A stretch of 64,000 nucleotides of DNA from an uncultured Candidatus Saccharibacteria bacterium (lineage in GTDB: Bacteria; Patescibacteriota; Minisyncoccia; Phycocordibacterales; UBA9973): NCBI GenBank assembly GCA_964553015.1, contig CAZKJE010000001.1, positions 6,110 to 70,109 of the forward strand, read 5' to 3'. The translations under genes were made by a program, and so were the position numbers. The notes under the pieces were generated by a model. The model was not told the origin of the DNA. It was given only the letters and a program-made list of their open reading frames with translations, and ran no database searches. The stretch's first letter is position 1, and every line of letters starts with the position of its first letter. Of the stretch, positions 26,850-35,907 are shown piece by piece.

Positions 26850-27083
26850 TTATTTCACACCTAGAGATTTCAGGTAATCTTCTGCAACTTTTCTTATTTC
26901 TGCTAAATGTTTTTCTTGTTTTTCTAATTCTTTTATTCTCTGTTCCAAATAAGTTCGTACAGCCTCATCTTCATCTTTTTTCTCTTGCTTTGCCTGGGCA
27001 CGCACTTTCTCTACGGCATTCCTAATCTCCACTACAGCGGGTGAGTCTTCCCTTTTCCCAAAATTTTTTTCTACATTATTCAT
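26850..27083 (-). CDS. Hypothetical coiled-coil protein
   Basis: 77-aa charged ORF, TGATATAAT upstream of ATG. Confidence 0.6.
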   Translation of the reverse strand: MNNVEKNFGKREDSPAVVEIRNAVEKVRAQAKQEKKDEDEAVRTYLEQRIKELEKQEKHLAEIRKVAEDYLKSLGVK

Positions 27084-27255
27084 ATCTCTATATTATATCA
27101 CCTATTGATAAATTGCGCAAGCTGAATTTATGCCAAAATACTAGTTCTTAAACAAACAAGGCCTCAAATGCGAAGCAGATGAGGCTAATTAAAGGCGGTA
27201 CAGACACGCCATGTATTTTTTTATGAAAAAGAAAAAAGAACAAACTGCTAGTTCC

Positions 27256-27295
27256 TCCCCGCCGTGACCAGAGGACTTAATTGTCACGGCGGGGA
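27256..27295. repeat. 13-bp perfect-stem hairpin downstream of the 27313 ORF
   Basis: TCCCCGCCGTGAC...GTCACGGCGGGGA; shares CCCCGCCGTGA with 10231. Confidence 0.65.
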
Positions 27296-27312
27296 TGCGA
27301 TAGAAGAAACTG

Positions 27313-27651
27313 TCAGCAGTCAGATTCGGAAAGAACAAGAACGACATCCAGCATAGCTTGTCTTTCCATGACAGTGACAACCTCCTCCAGCTGCTCATAT
27401 CTGGGCTCCGCACACGCCCAGATCACCTGGCCCTTGTGGTTGAGGATGAACAAGTACGGGTAGCCGGCTATCTGCCTGTTGCCAAACTTGCCCCTGTTGC
27501 AGGCCTCTAGCCAAAGCTTTTCAGCCTCTGGAGACTCCGGAACCTCTTCTCGTACATCGTTTGGGTAATCCTGTAGGAAATCTATGACTCTCCGAGTGTG
27601 ATAACAGGTTTCGGAACCTTCCGGGTGCGGAATAAATACAATGTGCTTCAT
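27313..27651 (-). CDS. Orphan hypothetical protein (possibly thioredoxin-like fold)
   Basis: GGAGG SD and TTGACA-16-TATTGT promoter; GYPYLFILNHKGQVIW resembles a Trx-fold cis-Pro strand. Confidence 0.55.
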   Translation of the reverse strand: MKHIVFIPHPEGSETCYHTRRVIDFLQDYPNDVREEVPESPEAEKLWLEACNRGKFGNRQIAGYPYLFILNHKGQVIWACAEPRYEQLEEVVTVMERQAMLDVVLVLSESDC

Positions 27652-27747
27652 GACCGCCTCCTCTCTGTTGAAACAATACCCTAGTATGAAAATATGTCAA
27701 CTTCACTAAATTTTTAGAAATTGTTCCTTGTGTTATAATTAAAAATC

Positions 27748-28059
27748 ATGAAATACTTAATAATTTTAGCTCTCATAGTTTCGGCGTGGAGTCCTTGGCT
27801 TAAAGCCGAAGAAGCTATGCAATTAGTAAATGCGAAAGTTATAAAACTGCAGGAACAAAAACCGAATTTGTGCGCTACGTTCATTCATGAGGATACAATA
27901 CGCAAGGTTCCTTTTGGGTACACGGAACAAGTTTCTTACGACTGCACGGTTACTGATGTCGTATATGGAGTAGAGCAATCCAGGAATATTGTGTTCGTGA
28001 CATTTTACAAAGGAGTCATCGGCATGCCAAGCAAAACTACAACACGAACACCTTATTAA
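27748..28059 (+). CDS. Hypothetical exported protein
   Basis: Hydrophobic N-terminus; TGTTATAAT upstream. Confidence 0.6.
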   Translation: MKYLIILALIVSAWSPWLKAEEAMQLVNAKVIKLQEQKPNLCATFIHEDTIRKVPFGYTEQVSYDCTVTDVVYGVEQSRNIVFVTFYKGVIGMPSKTTTRTPY

Positions 28060-28067
28060 ATATCTCA

Positions 28068-28655
28068 ATGGATAAAACCCAAGAATTACAAAATCTGCAC
28101 AAGAAATGGATGGAGGAGTGCAAATGCGAATTGAAACAGACTGCCACTTTGGCCGTGCCGGGAGCCGGCAGTGCAGACGCAGAAATGGTTTTTATAGGTG
28201 AAGCGCCGGGGAAAAAGGAAGATGAGCTCGGAGAACCTTTCGTCGGCGCCGCCGGAAAGTTTTTGAACGAAATGCTCGGAGTTATAAATTTGAAGCGCGA
28301 AGACATTTACATCACAAACATCGTAAAATACCGCCCGCCGAACAACCGTGATCCTAGTCCCGAAGAAAAAGCCGCTTGCAGGGAATGGCTTTTAGATGAA
28401 CTAAAAATAATAATGCCGAAACTAATAATTTTTTTAGGACGGCACGCGATGAATAATTTCTTTCCGGAGCTTCAGATATCGCAGACGCACGGCAAGCTTC
28501 TCATAAAACCGTTTAAGGGAATGTCTACCAAATACTTCTTCCCTCTTTATCATCCGGCGGCGGCGCTGTATGACGGATCAATGCGCGAAGTTTTGATGGC
28601 AGATTTTAAAAAAATTCCGAAGGTTTTGAAAGAAATTGAAAAAAGAGAGAGCTAG
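28068..28655 (+). CDS. Family-4 uracil-DNA glycosylase
   Basis: FIGEAPG..ED..G.PFVGAAGK, TNIVKYRPP.NRDP, YHPAAALY. Confidence 0.93.
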   Translation: MDKTQELQNLHKKWMEECKCELKQTATLAVPGAGSADAEMVFIGEAPGKKEDELGEPFVGAAGKFLNEMLGVINLKREDIYITNIVKYRPPNNRDPSPEEKAACREWLLDELKIIMPKLIIFLGRHAMNNFFPELQISQTHGKLLIKPFKGMSTKYFFPLYHPAAALYDGSMREVLMADFKKIPKVLKEIEKRES

Positions 28656-28674
28656 TGTATACTCTAATATAATT

Positions 28675-29415
28675 ATGGAAAGTGATTCTACAGCAGTAAT
28701 ACTTGCCGCGGGTTTGGGCAAAAGAATGCAAAGTAACGAACCAAAGGCAATGATAGAGGTTGCAGGAAAGCCCATGCTTGGGCATTTGCACGCATCAGCA
28801 ATGGGGGCTAATATTCAAGCTACTACGGTGATTTCTAGGCAAACAGAAGAAATTTTTAAATCAAAATTTCCGAAGCAGCCATATAGAATTCAAGAAGTAC
28901 AAGAAGGTACGGCTCATGCCCTAAAAGCTGCTAAAGATGCTTGCGGTAATGCAAAAAGAATTTTGGTTTTATATGGAGATCATCCGTTTGTTTCTTCAGA
29001 TACAATAAAAAAACTTTTTGACAAAAGCGAGGAAACTGATGCAGAAATAACTTTAGCTAGTACAGAAGTTCCTAATTTTGAAAATAAATACAGAATTTTT
29101 TCCAATTTCGCTAAAATTTTGCGAAGAAATGGAAAAATTGTTGGAATTCGTGAGTATAAAGATGCAAAGGAAGAAGAGAAAGATTTGAGAGAAGTAAATC
29201 CAGGATATTATGTATTTAAAGCCTATTGGCTCTGGCCAAATTTAGAAAAAATAAAAAAAGATAATGCGCAAGGTGAACAATATTTGACTGACTTGGTGTA
29301 TATGGCTGAAGAACAAGGGATGAAGATAGAAAACATAAAAATAAACCCGCGCGAGGCTGTTGGAGCAAATTCTAAGGAAGAATTAGATATAATTAAAAAC
29401 TGGGATAATAATTAA
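28675..29415 (+). CDS. GlmU-like nucleotidyltransferase (N-terminal domain only)
   Basis: ILAAGLGKRM...PK, GTAHA, LYGDHP, EVNPGYY, NAQGEQYLTD; no hexapeptide LbH domain; start re-called at 28675. Confidence 0.85.
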   Translation: MESDSTAVILAAGLGKRMQSNEPKAMIEVAGKPMLGHLHASAMGANIQATTVISRQTEEIFKSKFPKQPYRIQEVQEGTAHALKAAKDACGNAKRILVLYGDHPFVSSDTIKKLFDKSEETDAEITLASTEVPNFENKYRIFSNFAKILRRNGKIVGIREYKDAKEEEKDLREVNPGYYVFKAYWLWPNLEKIKKDNAQGEQYLTDLVYMAEEQGMKIENIKINPREAVGANSKEELDIIKNWDNN

Positions 29416-29418
29416 ACT

Positions 29419-30666
29419 ATGCAAAACCCCTTCCAAAATGCTATGAAGCAATTAGAGAAAGCTGGCCAAATTAAAAATTTTGGGGAAGAATTTATTGAAA
29501 AGCTTCGTTATCCCGATCGGGATATCAGAATTTCAATTCCGGTAAAAATGGATGACGGAAGCTTAAAAATATTTGAAGGCTATAGAGTAGAGTACAACAA
29601 TGCCCTCGGGCCCTACAAGGGCGGAATCAGATATCATCCGGATACAGAAATAAACGAAGTAAAAGCCCTCGCCTTCTGGATGGCTATAAAATGCGCTGTC
29701 GCAAACATACCTATGGGCGGAGGAAAAGGCGGAGTTACTGTTGATCCGAAAAAACTTTCAAAGAGCGAACTGGAAAATTTGTCCCGCGGGTGGGTCCGAA
29801 AACTTTCTGATATTTTAGGGCCGTATAAAGATGTGCCTGCGCCGGACGTCAACACGACTCCCGAGATAATGTCTTGGATGAATGATGAATTCATGAAAAT
29901 AACAGGCGAAGAAACTGGTGCCACATTTACAGGCAAACCTCTAGACGAGCGCTTGCCGGCCGGCAGGCAGGGTTCAGAAGGCAGAAGCACGGCTACGGGT
30001 TTGGGAGGATTTTATGTTTTTGATGCACTCCGAACACAAATTGGCTTGCCAGAAAAATGCAAAGTCGTAATTCAGGGATTTGGCAACGTCGGAGCACATG
30101 CTGCTCATATTTTCGCGGAGAACGGACACGCAGTTATAGCGGTTTCGGATTCCAAAAGCGCAATTTTTAATGAAAATGGATTAGATTTGGATAAAGTTGA
30201 AGCACACAAGAAAAGCACGGGCGCGCTAAAAGATTTTTCCAAGATAGACCCGCAGGCAAAAAATGTTAGCAATGCTGAATTACTGGAACTCACCTGCGAC
30301 TTGTTAGTGCCTGCGGCTTTTGAGAATGTGATTACAGAAGTAAACGCCAAAAATGTAAAAGCAAAAGCAATAATGGAGCTGGCAAATGGGCCGATAACTC
30401 CAGAGGCGGATGAAATTTTATTTAAAAAAGGCATTCCTGTAATACCGGATGTGCTCGCAAATTCCGGCGGGGTTACCGTATCATATTTTGAATGGGATCA
30501 GAATTTAAAAAATGAACACTGGAGCGAAGAGCAAGTTTTTGACAAATTAAAACTAATACTTGAAGACGCCGCACACAAAGTTTCAGAAAAAGCGAAAGAA
30601 AATAAAACATATCTGCGCATGGGCGCGTTTATTCTAGCGCTTGAAAGAATTAAGGAAAAAAGCTAA
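29419..30666 (+). CDS. gdhA: Glu/Leu/Phe/Val dehydrogenase (glutamate dehydrogenase-like)
   Basis: GPYKGGIRYH, GGGKGG, DVPAPDVNT, QGFGNVG, ELANGP, NSGGVTVSYFEW. Confidence 0.92.
   Translation: MQNPFQNAMKQLEKAGQIKNFGEEFIEKLRYPDRDIRISIPVKMDDGSLKIFEGYRVEYNNALGPYKGGIRYHPDTEINEVKALAFWMAIKCAVANIPMGGGKGGVTVDPKKLSKSELENLSRGWVRKLSDILGPYKDVPAPDVNTTPEIMSWMNDEFMKITGEETGATFTGKPLDERLPAGRQGSEGRSTATGLGGFYVFDALRTQIGLPEKCKVVIQGFGNVGAHAAHIFAENGHAVIAVSDSKSAIFNENGLDLDKVEAHKKSTGALKDFSKIDPQAKNVSNAELLELTCDLLVPAAFENVITEVNAKNVKAKAIMELANGPITPEADEILFKKGIPVIPDVLANSGGVTVSYFEWDQNLKNEHWSEEQVFDKLKLILEDAAHKVSEKAKENKTYLRMGAFILALERIKEKS
29952..29971. repeat. Intragenic palindrome, family A, in gdhA
   Basis: CTTGCCGGCCGGCAGGCAGG; encodes LPAGRQG between TGKP and the GSxGR motif. 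Confidence 0.75.
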
Positions 30667-30690
30667 TATCTAAAGCATGTTTCAATATCT

Positions 30691-30763
30691 GCGCGGTTAG
30701 CTCAGTTGGTAGAGCGACCCCTTGACGTGGGGTAGGCCACAGGTTCGAATCCTGTATCGCGCA
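30691..30763 (+). tRNA. tRNA-Val (GAC)
   Basis: GCGCGGT...ACCCC-TTGACGT-GGGGT...GTTCGAAT...ATCGCGCA. Confidence 0.95.
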
Positions 30764-30769
30764 CTCTGT

Positions 30770-31894
30770 ATGAAAATTTTAAGCATAGAGACGAGCTGCG
30801 ATGAGACAGGAATAACAATAATGGAAGCGAAGGGAGGCGCGACAAACGCTTCCTTTAAGGTTTTAGGAAATAACGTTTCTTCCCAAATAGACTTGCATAT
30901 CCCCTACGGCGGAGTATTTCCCGCTCTGGCAAAAAGAGAACATATAAAGAACCTGCCTCTGGTTTTGGAAAAAACATTAAAAGAAGCTAACCTCACCCTT
31001 ACTCCTTCTCCTGAAAGGAGAGGGCTGGGGAGAGGTATCGATGCAATAGCTGTGACTTACGGTCCCGGACTCGAGCCTGCGCTGTGGACAGGAATCGTTC
31101 TTGCTAAAGAACTTGGAAAAAAATTGAATGTGCCTATAATCCCCGTAAATCACATGGAGGGGCATTTGCTTTCTGTCTTTGGGAAAAATAAAGGAAAATT
31201 CACAATACCAAAAGTAAAAATGCCTGCGCTCTCTCTCCTTGTCTCCGGAGGACATACAGAATTAGTGCTGGTAAAAAAATGGATGAATTATGAGATACTC
31301 GGCGAAACTTTGGACGACGCTGTCGGCGAGGCTTTTGACAAAGTAGCCCGTATGCTCGGACTTCCATATCCCGGCGGTCCGCAAATTTCAAAATTAGCAG
31401 AGCAGGAGAGAAAATTGGTTAAATTGGAGCAAATTAAAAAATTTTCTCTCCCCCGTCCGATGCTGCACACCAAAGATTTTAATTTTTCTTTTTCCGGACT
31501 GAAAACTGCAGTGCTTTATAAAATCAGAGATTTGGAAAAATCAGGTAAAAAATTAACTCATGAGTTAATTACTGAGTTAGCTCATGAGTTTGAGAACGCA
31601 GCCATTGAATGCCTGACTCACAAAACAAAAAAAGCTATAGAAAAATATAAAATCAAAACTTTGATTGTCGGAGGCGGAGTTTCTGCAAACCAGCATTTAA
31701 AAAATGAAATAACCCGCTTTCGCCAAGGCTCCGGCAAGGCAAATAAAAATTTGAAAATTTACTTCCCCACCAAAGAACTGTCTACCGACAATTCGCTCAT
31801 GATAGGCATTGCTGGATATTTAAATTATATAAAAAATAAAAGGAAGGTGCCTAAGGCGAGCAGCATAAAAGCAGTTGGCAATTTAAGGCTTTAA
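30770..31894 (+). CDS. tsaD: tRNA N6-adenosine threonylcarbamoyltransferase TsaD
   Basis: ILSIETSCDET, HMEGH, VSGGHT, DDAVGEAFDK, SFSGLKT, GGVSAN, TDN; start re-called at 30770. Confidence 0.96.
   Translation: MKILSIETSCDETGITIMEAKGGATNASFKVLGNNVSSQIDLHIPYGGVFPALAKREHIKNLPLVLEKTLKEANLTLTPSPERRGLGRGIDAIAVTYGPGLEPALWTGIVLAKELGKKLNVPIIPVNHMEGHLLSVFGKNKGKFTIPKVKMPALSLLVSGGHTELVLVKKWMNYEILGETLDDAVGEAFDKVARMLGLPYPGGPQISKLAEQERKLVKLEQIKKFSLPRPMLHTKDFNFSFSGLKTAVLYKIRDLEKSGKKLTHELITELAHEFENAAIECLTHKTKKAIEKYKIKTLIVGGGVSANQHLKNEITRFRQGSGKANKNLKIYFPTKELSTDNSLMIGIAGYLNYIKNKRKVPKASSIKAVGNLRL
30990..31036. repeat. Intragenic nested palindrome in tsaD
   Basis: ACCTCACCC...CCTTCTCCT-GAA-AGGAGAGGG...GGGGAGAGGT; encodes LTLTPSPERRGLGRG. 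Confidence 0.7.
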
Positions 31895-31911
31895 TTGATA
31901 TTATTAAGAGT

Positions 31912-34080
31912 ATGGACGAAAAATTACTCAAACCCTACGACCCGAAAGCAACCGAAGACAGGATTTACAAGCTCTGGGAAGAGAGCGGTTTTTTTAATCC
32001 GGATAACTTACCGGAAAGACACAAGGAGTCTTTTTCTATTGTATTACCTCCTCCAAACGTTACCGGTGTACTTCATTTGGGCCATGCACTAGAAAATTCA
32101 ATTCAAGATATGATCGTACGATACCAGAGAATGCAGGGGAAAAAAACTCTTTGGATACCGGGTACAGATCATGCCGCTATTGCAACTCAATCAAAAGTTG
32201 AAAAAGAAATTTATAAAAAAGAAGGAAAATCTAGACACGATTTAGGGAGAGAGGAAATGTTACTGAGAATAAAAGAATATGCTCAAAATAGCCACGATAC
32301 CATCGTATCCCAAGTAAGAAAGCTAGGCTCATCACTCGACTGGTCAAGAGAAGCATTTACTCTCGACGATAAAAGGAATCTTGCTGTCAATACTGCATTT
32401 AAAAAAATGTACGATGCGGGCTTAATTTATCGCGGAAATAAAATAGTAAATTGGGACCCCAAAGGTCAGACTACTATATCTGACGATGAAATCGTTTACG
32501 AAGAACGCCCCTCTAAATTATATACCTTCAAGTATTCGACGGACTTCCCTATTCCCATATCAACAAGCCGGCCAGAGACAAAAGTGGGCGATGTGGCCGT
32601 AGCAGTACATCCAGAAGATTCAAGATATAAAAAATATGTCGGTAAAGAATACGAAATAAAAGATTTTTGTGGAGTAAAATTAAATATAAAAATAATTGCC
32701 GACGAAGCAGTGGAGAAAGATTTTGGCACAGGTGCGCTTGGTGTAACTCCTGCACATTCTATGATCGACTGGGAAATGGCTGAAAGACACGATCTTCCCC
32801 GTCCGCAAGTTATAAATGAATATGCAAAAATGATAGTAAGTGAGGAAAAATTAGCCGGGAAAAAAACTACTGAGGCGCGTGAACTTATCGTAGTATGGCT
32901 CAGAGATCAAAAACTTTTAGAGAAAGAAGAGGATATAAAACAAAATATTGGTACAGCAGAACGTACTGGAGGAATTATAGAACCTATTCCCAAGCTCCAA
33001 TGGTTTATTGATGTAAACAAACCCATTCCCGAAAGAGAAAATAAAACCCTCAAAGACTTGATGCGGGAACCGATACAAAAAGAAACTATAGCCATAATTC
33101 CAGATCATTTTGAAAAAGTTTATTATAACTGGATAGAAAATCTGCGCGACTGGTGTATATCCCGCCAGATATGGTACGGGCATAGGATACCCGTCTGGTA
33201 CCATGAGCCAAAATGTGTTCCGATACCCGGACGAGAAGAAGAAATAAAAGATTGCGAAGAAATTGCTGTTGGTAAGGAAATAAAAGATTGCCCCCATTGC
33301 AACGCTAAATATGTTCAGGATGAAGATACTCTTGATACATGGTTTTCTTCGGGGCTTTGGACTTTTTCAACACTTGGCTGGCCGGAAAAAACGAAAGATC
33401 TAGAAACTTACCATCCCACAACACTGGTAAATCCTGGGTATGAAATTTTATTTTTCTGGGTAGCCAGGATGATTTTAATGTCCCAATTCTTGCTTGGAGA
33501 AATACCTTTTGAAAAAGTGTATCTTCATGGCATGCTCCGAGATAAAGACGGTAAAAAATTTAGCAAATCATCAGGAAACAACATAGACCCAGTCTCAATT
33601 ATAGAAAAATATGGAGCCGATGCTCTTCGCATGTCGCTCATTGTAGGCACCGCACCAGGCATGGATAGTAAAGTTTCGGAAGAAAAAATTAAAGGCTATA
33701 AAAATTTTGCTAACAAGATCTGGAACATAACTCGATTTATTTTAGATAATACAGGTAGCAGTAATTTTGAAAAAAATACAGAAAATAATTTAATAGGAGA
33801 ATTTAATAAAATTAAGGAAGATATAACCTCTGATATGGAAAATTATCGTTTCCATCTAGCTTCAGAAAAAATTTATCAGTATATATGGCATAGATTCGCG
33901 GATGAAATAATAGAAGAAAGTAAAAAGGATAAAAATATACTGCCTACCCTTTTATCCATCTGGACAGACTGCATAAAAATGCTTCACCCCTTCATGCCTT
34001 TTGTCACTGAAGAAATCTGGTCTATGATTCCTGAAGCAAAAGAAAAGAAGTTATTAATGATTGAACCATGGCCACTTTAA
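31912..34080 (+). CDS. valS: Valine--tRNA ligase (no C-terminal coiled-coil arm)
   Basis: PPPNVTG.LHLGH, GTDHA.IATQ, DWCISRQIWYGH, KFSKS, LHPFMPFVTEE. Confidence 0.96.
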   Translation: MDEKLLKPYDPKATEDRIYKLWEESGFFNPDNLPERHKESFSIVLPPPNVTGVLHLGHALENSIQDMIVRYQRMQGKKTLWIPGTDHAAIATQSKVEKEIYKKEGKSRHDLGREEMLLRIKEYAQNSHDTIVSQVRKLGSSLDWSREAFTLDDKRNLAVNTAFKKMYDAGLIYRGNKIVNWDPKGQTTISDDEIVYEERPSKLYTFKYSTDFPIPISTSRPETKVGDVAVAVHPEDSRYKKYVGKEYEIKDFCGVKLNIKIIADEAVEKDFGTGALGVTPAHSMIDWEMAERHDLPRPQVINEYAKMIVSEEKLAGKKTTEARELIVVWLRDQKLLEKEEDIKQNIGTAERTGGIIEPIPKLQWFIDVNKPIPERENKTLKDLMREPIQKETIAIIPDHFEKVYYNWIENLRDWCISRQIWYGHRIPVWYHEPKCVPIPGREEEIKDCEEIAVGKEIKDCPHCNAKYVQDEDTLDTWFSSGLWTFSTLGWPEKTKDLETYHPTTLVNPGYEILFFWVARMILMSQFLLGEIPFEKVYLHGMLRDKDGKKFSKSSGNNIDPVSIIEKYGADALRMSLIVGTAPGMDSKVSEEKIKGYKNFANKIWNITRFILDNTGSSNFEKNTENNLIGEFNKIKEDITSDMENYRFHLASEKIYQYIWHRFADEIIEESKKDKNILPTLLSIWTDCIKMLHPFMPFVTEEIWSMIPEAKEKKLLMIEPWPL

Positions 34081-34778
34081 CAGCAGATCCTAAAATATTA
34101 TTCTTAGCATTTCTCGGAGGAGTCATCCCCTCTCTTTTATGGCTGTGGTTCTGGCTCAAAGAAGACGAAATACACCCTGAACCAAAATTGCTTCTGACTT
34201 TTGTATTCATCCTCGGCATGATTGCAGTAATCATCGTATTCCCTATTCAGAAATTTATACAAACCCTGGTAAGCTCTCAAAACGGGCAGCTGATATTGTG
34301 GGCCAGTGCTGAAGAATTGTTAAAATATCTGGCTGTGCTTATAATTTTGTACAGAACAAATAATGCAGACGAGCCTATAGACTGGCCGATATATCTCATC
34401 ACAGCGGCCCTGGGCTTTGCTACGCTTGAAAACACTCTTTACCTCATAAAGCCTCTGTCAATAAGCGGAACCACTGTTAGCCTCTTAACAGGACAGCTCC
34501 GTTTCCTCGGCTCTACCCTCCTGCACACCATTTCGAGCGGAACAATAGGTATTTTCATAGGAATTTCTTTCTTTATGCGCGAATTCAAAAAGATATGGTT
34601 TCTCTTGTTCGGTTTTATTATCGCCATCGCCTTGCATAGCGCCTTTAATTTTTTTATAATACAGAATGATGGTAATGATTTTCTGAAAGTGTTTGCGTTT
34701 TTGTGGGTCGTCACAATTATCGTAATGCTCTTATTTGAAAAAGTAAGAAGAATGAGCGAAACGATCGAGAGAAGCTAA
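34068..34778 (+). CDS. PrsW-family intramembrane metalloprotease
   Basis: EELLK, ALGFATLEN, LH...LHSAFN motifs; multi-TM. Confidence 0.85.
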   Translation: MATLTADPKILFLAFLGGVIPSLLWLWFWLKEDEIHPEPKLLLTFVFILGMIAVIIVFPIQKFIQTLVSSQNGQLILWASAEELLKYLAVLIILYRTNNADEPIDWPIYLITAALGFATLENTLYLIKPLSISGTTVSLLTGQLRFLGSTLLHTISSGTIGIFIGISFFMREFKKIWFLLFGFIIAIALHSAFNFFIIQNDGNDFLKVFAFLWVVTIIVMLLFEKVRRMSETIERS

Positions 34779-34805
34779 TTATTATTTAAATAAAAAAGAA
34801 AAAAC

Positions 34806-35312
34806 ATGGAAAATAAAAAAAGGAGTTTTTTTGAAAGATTAACAGGCAGCATGAGCATGGACGACGAGGAAGAACTGGATTCAAGAAAAGAATATTTAGT
34901 AAAAGGATTCAAAAACGACAGAGCAGACAAGGGAGACAAGGGCGAAAAGAAAAACGGCAGCTGGATGGAAGAAGAGAACGACGAAGCCGAGCTTACTGTC
35001 GACGTGTACCAGACGCCGACTGACATAATAATTCAGACCATGGTCGCCGGCGTAAAACCCGAAGATCTGGAAATATCAATAGCGCGCGACGTCGTATCTA
35101 TCCGAGGCAAGCGCGAAGAGAACAGGAGCATAGATGAAGACAATTATTTCACCAAAGAACTGTACTGGGGAAAATTTTCCCGCACCATTACCCTTCCCGC
35201 CGAAGTAGAGCCGGAAGAAGTGGAAGCGACAGAGCGCCACGGCCTCTTAACTGTCAAAGTCAAAAAGGTGGACAAAGAAAAGAAAAATACTGTCAGAGTC
35301 AAATCTATCTAG
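34806..35312 (+). CDS. Hsp20/alpha-crystallin small heat-shock protein
   Basis: VDVYQT, GVKPEDLEI, ELYWGKFSRTITLP, GLLTV. Confidence 0.92.
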   Translation: MENKKRSFFERLTGSMSMDDEEELDSRKEYLVKGFKNDRADKGDKGEKKNGSWMEEENDEAELTVDVYQTPTDIIIQTMVAGVKPEDLEISIARDVVSIRGKREENRSIDEDNYFTKELYWGKFSRTITLPAEVEPEEVEATERHGLLTVKVKKVDKEKKNTVRVKSI

Positions 35313-35327
35313 GAACTACAAATTTTG

Positions 35328-35400
35328 TGCCGAGGACCAGAATCGAACTGGTGACCTATCCCTCTTCAGGGGAGCGCTCTACCAACTGAGCTACCTCGGC
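35328..35400 (-). tRNA. tRNA-Phe (GAA)
   Basis: Minus strand GCCGAGG TAGCTCAGTTGG...TCCC-CTGAAGA-GGGA...TTCGATT...CCTCGGCA. Confidence 0.94.
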
Positions 35401-35405
35401 ATTTT

Positions 35406-35651
35406 TTACTGACTAAACTGCTTAAAATTGTCCAGCACATCGCTTGCTCCGCTGTATACATTGAGGAGATCATTTAGATACGGCTGTAAAAGATAAAATG
35501 CGCCTATAGCCGAGCCTATAATAAACAACCAATAAATTAGAGTCATAACACGCGCCAGCCGCATGGAACGTCTCATGGAAAGCAATAGTTTATTATTCTC
35601 TTCTCCGAGCGCTACGCTCCTTTCCAAAAGCTCTCTTTCTTCGGGCGACAT
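35406..35651 (-). CDS. Hypothetical single-TM protein
   Basis: 81 aa, EENNKLL..MRR then a TM segment; leaderless-type start. Confidence 0.7.
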   Translation of the reverse strand: MSPEERELLERSVALGEENNKLLLSMRRSMRLARVMTLIYWLFIIGSAIGAFYLLQPYLNDLLNVYSGASDVLDNFKQFSQ

Positions 35652-35697
35652 ATTAGAATACTAGCAAAAATAAATAAAAAAATCCAATTCAAGCTTG

Positions 35698-35769
35698 TGT
35701 CCTCGGCAGGAATCGAACCTGCAATTACTCCTTAGGACGGAGTCGTTATATCCATTTAACTACGAAGAC
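35698..35769 (-). tRNA. tRNA-Arg (CCT)
   Basis: Minus strand GTCTTCG...ACTCC-GTCCTAA-GGAGT...GCAGG-TTCGATT-CCTGC CGAGGACA. Confidence 0.9.
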
Positions 35770-35907
35770 GTACTTACAATCTAGCATATTAAAGGCTTTT
35801 TTGGAATTAAAAAATAAACTCATGCAGACATAAACTGTAATGATATTTAATTTTGCTCGTCTGGTACATATAAGCAATTATTAAAAATATATTAAAATTA
35901 GAAATTT

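Noticed and set aside
24673-28059. tRNA-integrated island, prophage or integron
   Set aside because: No integrase, phage structural genes, duplicated tRNA end or attC RYYYAAC/GTTRRRY boxes were seen.
30722-30769. Upstream extension of the tsaD ORF
   Set aside because: Lies within tRNA-Val; the true start is 30770.
33241-33291. 15-bp direct repeat GAAATAAAAGATTGC in valS
   Set aside because: Two copies encoding EIKDC in a variable Cys-containing loop; most likely a local duplication.
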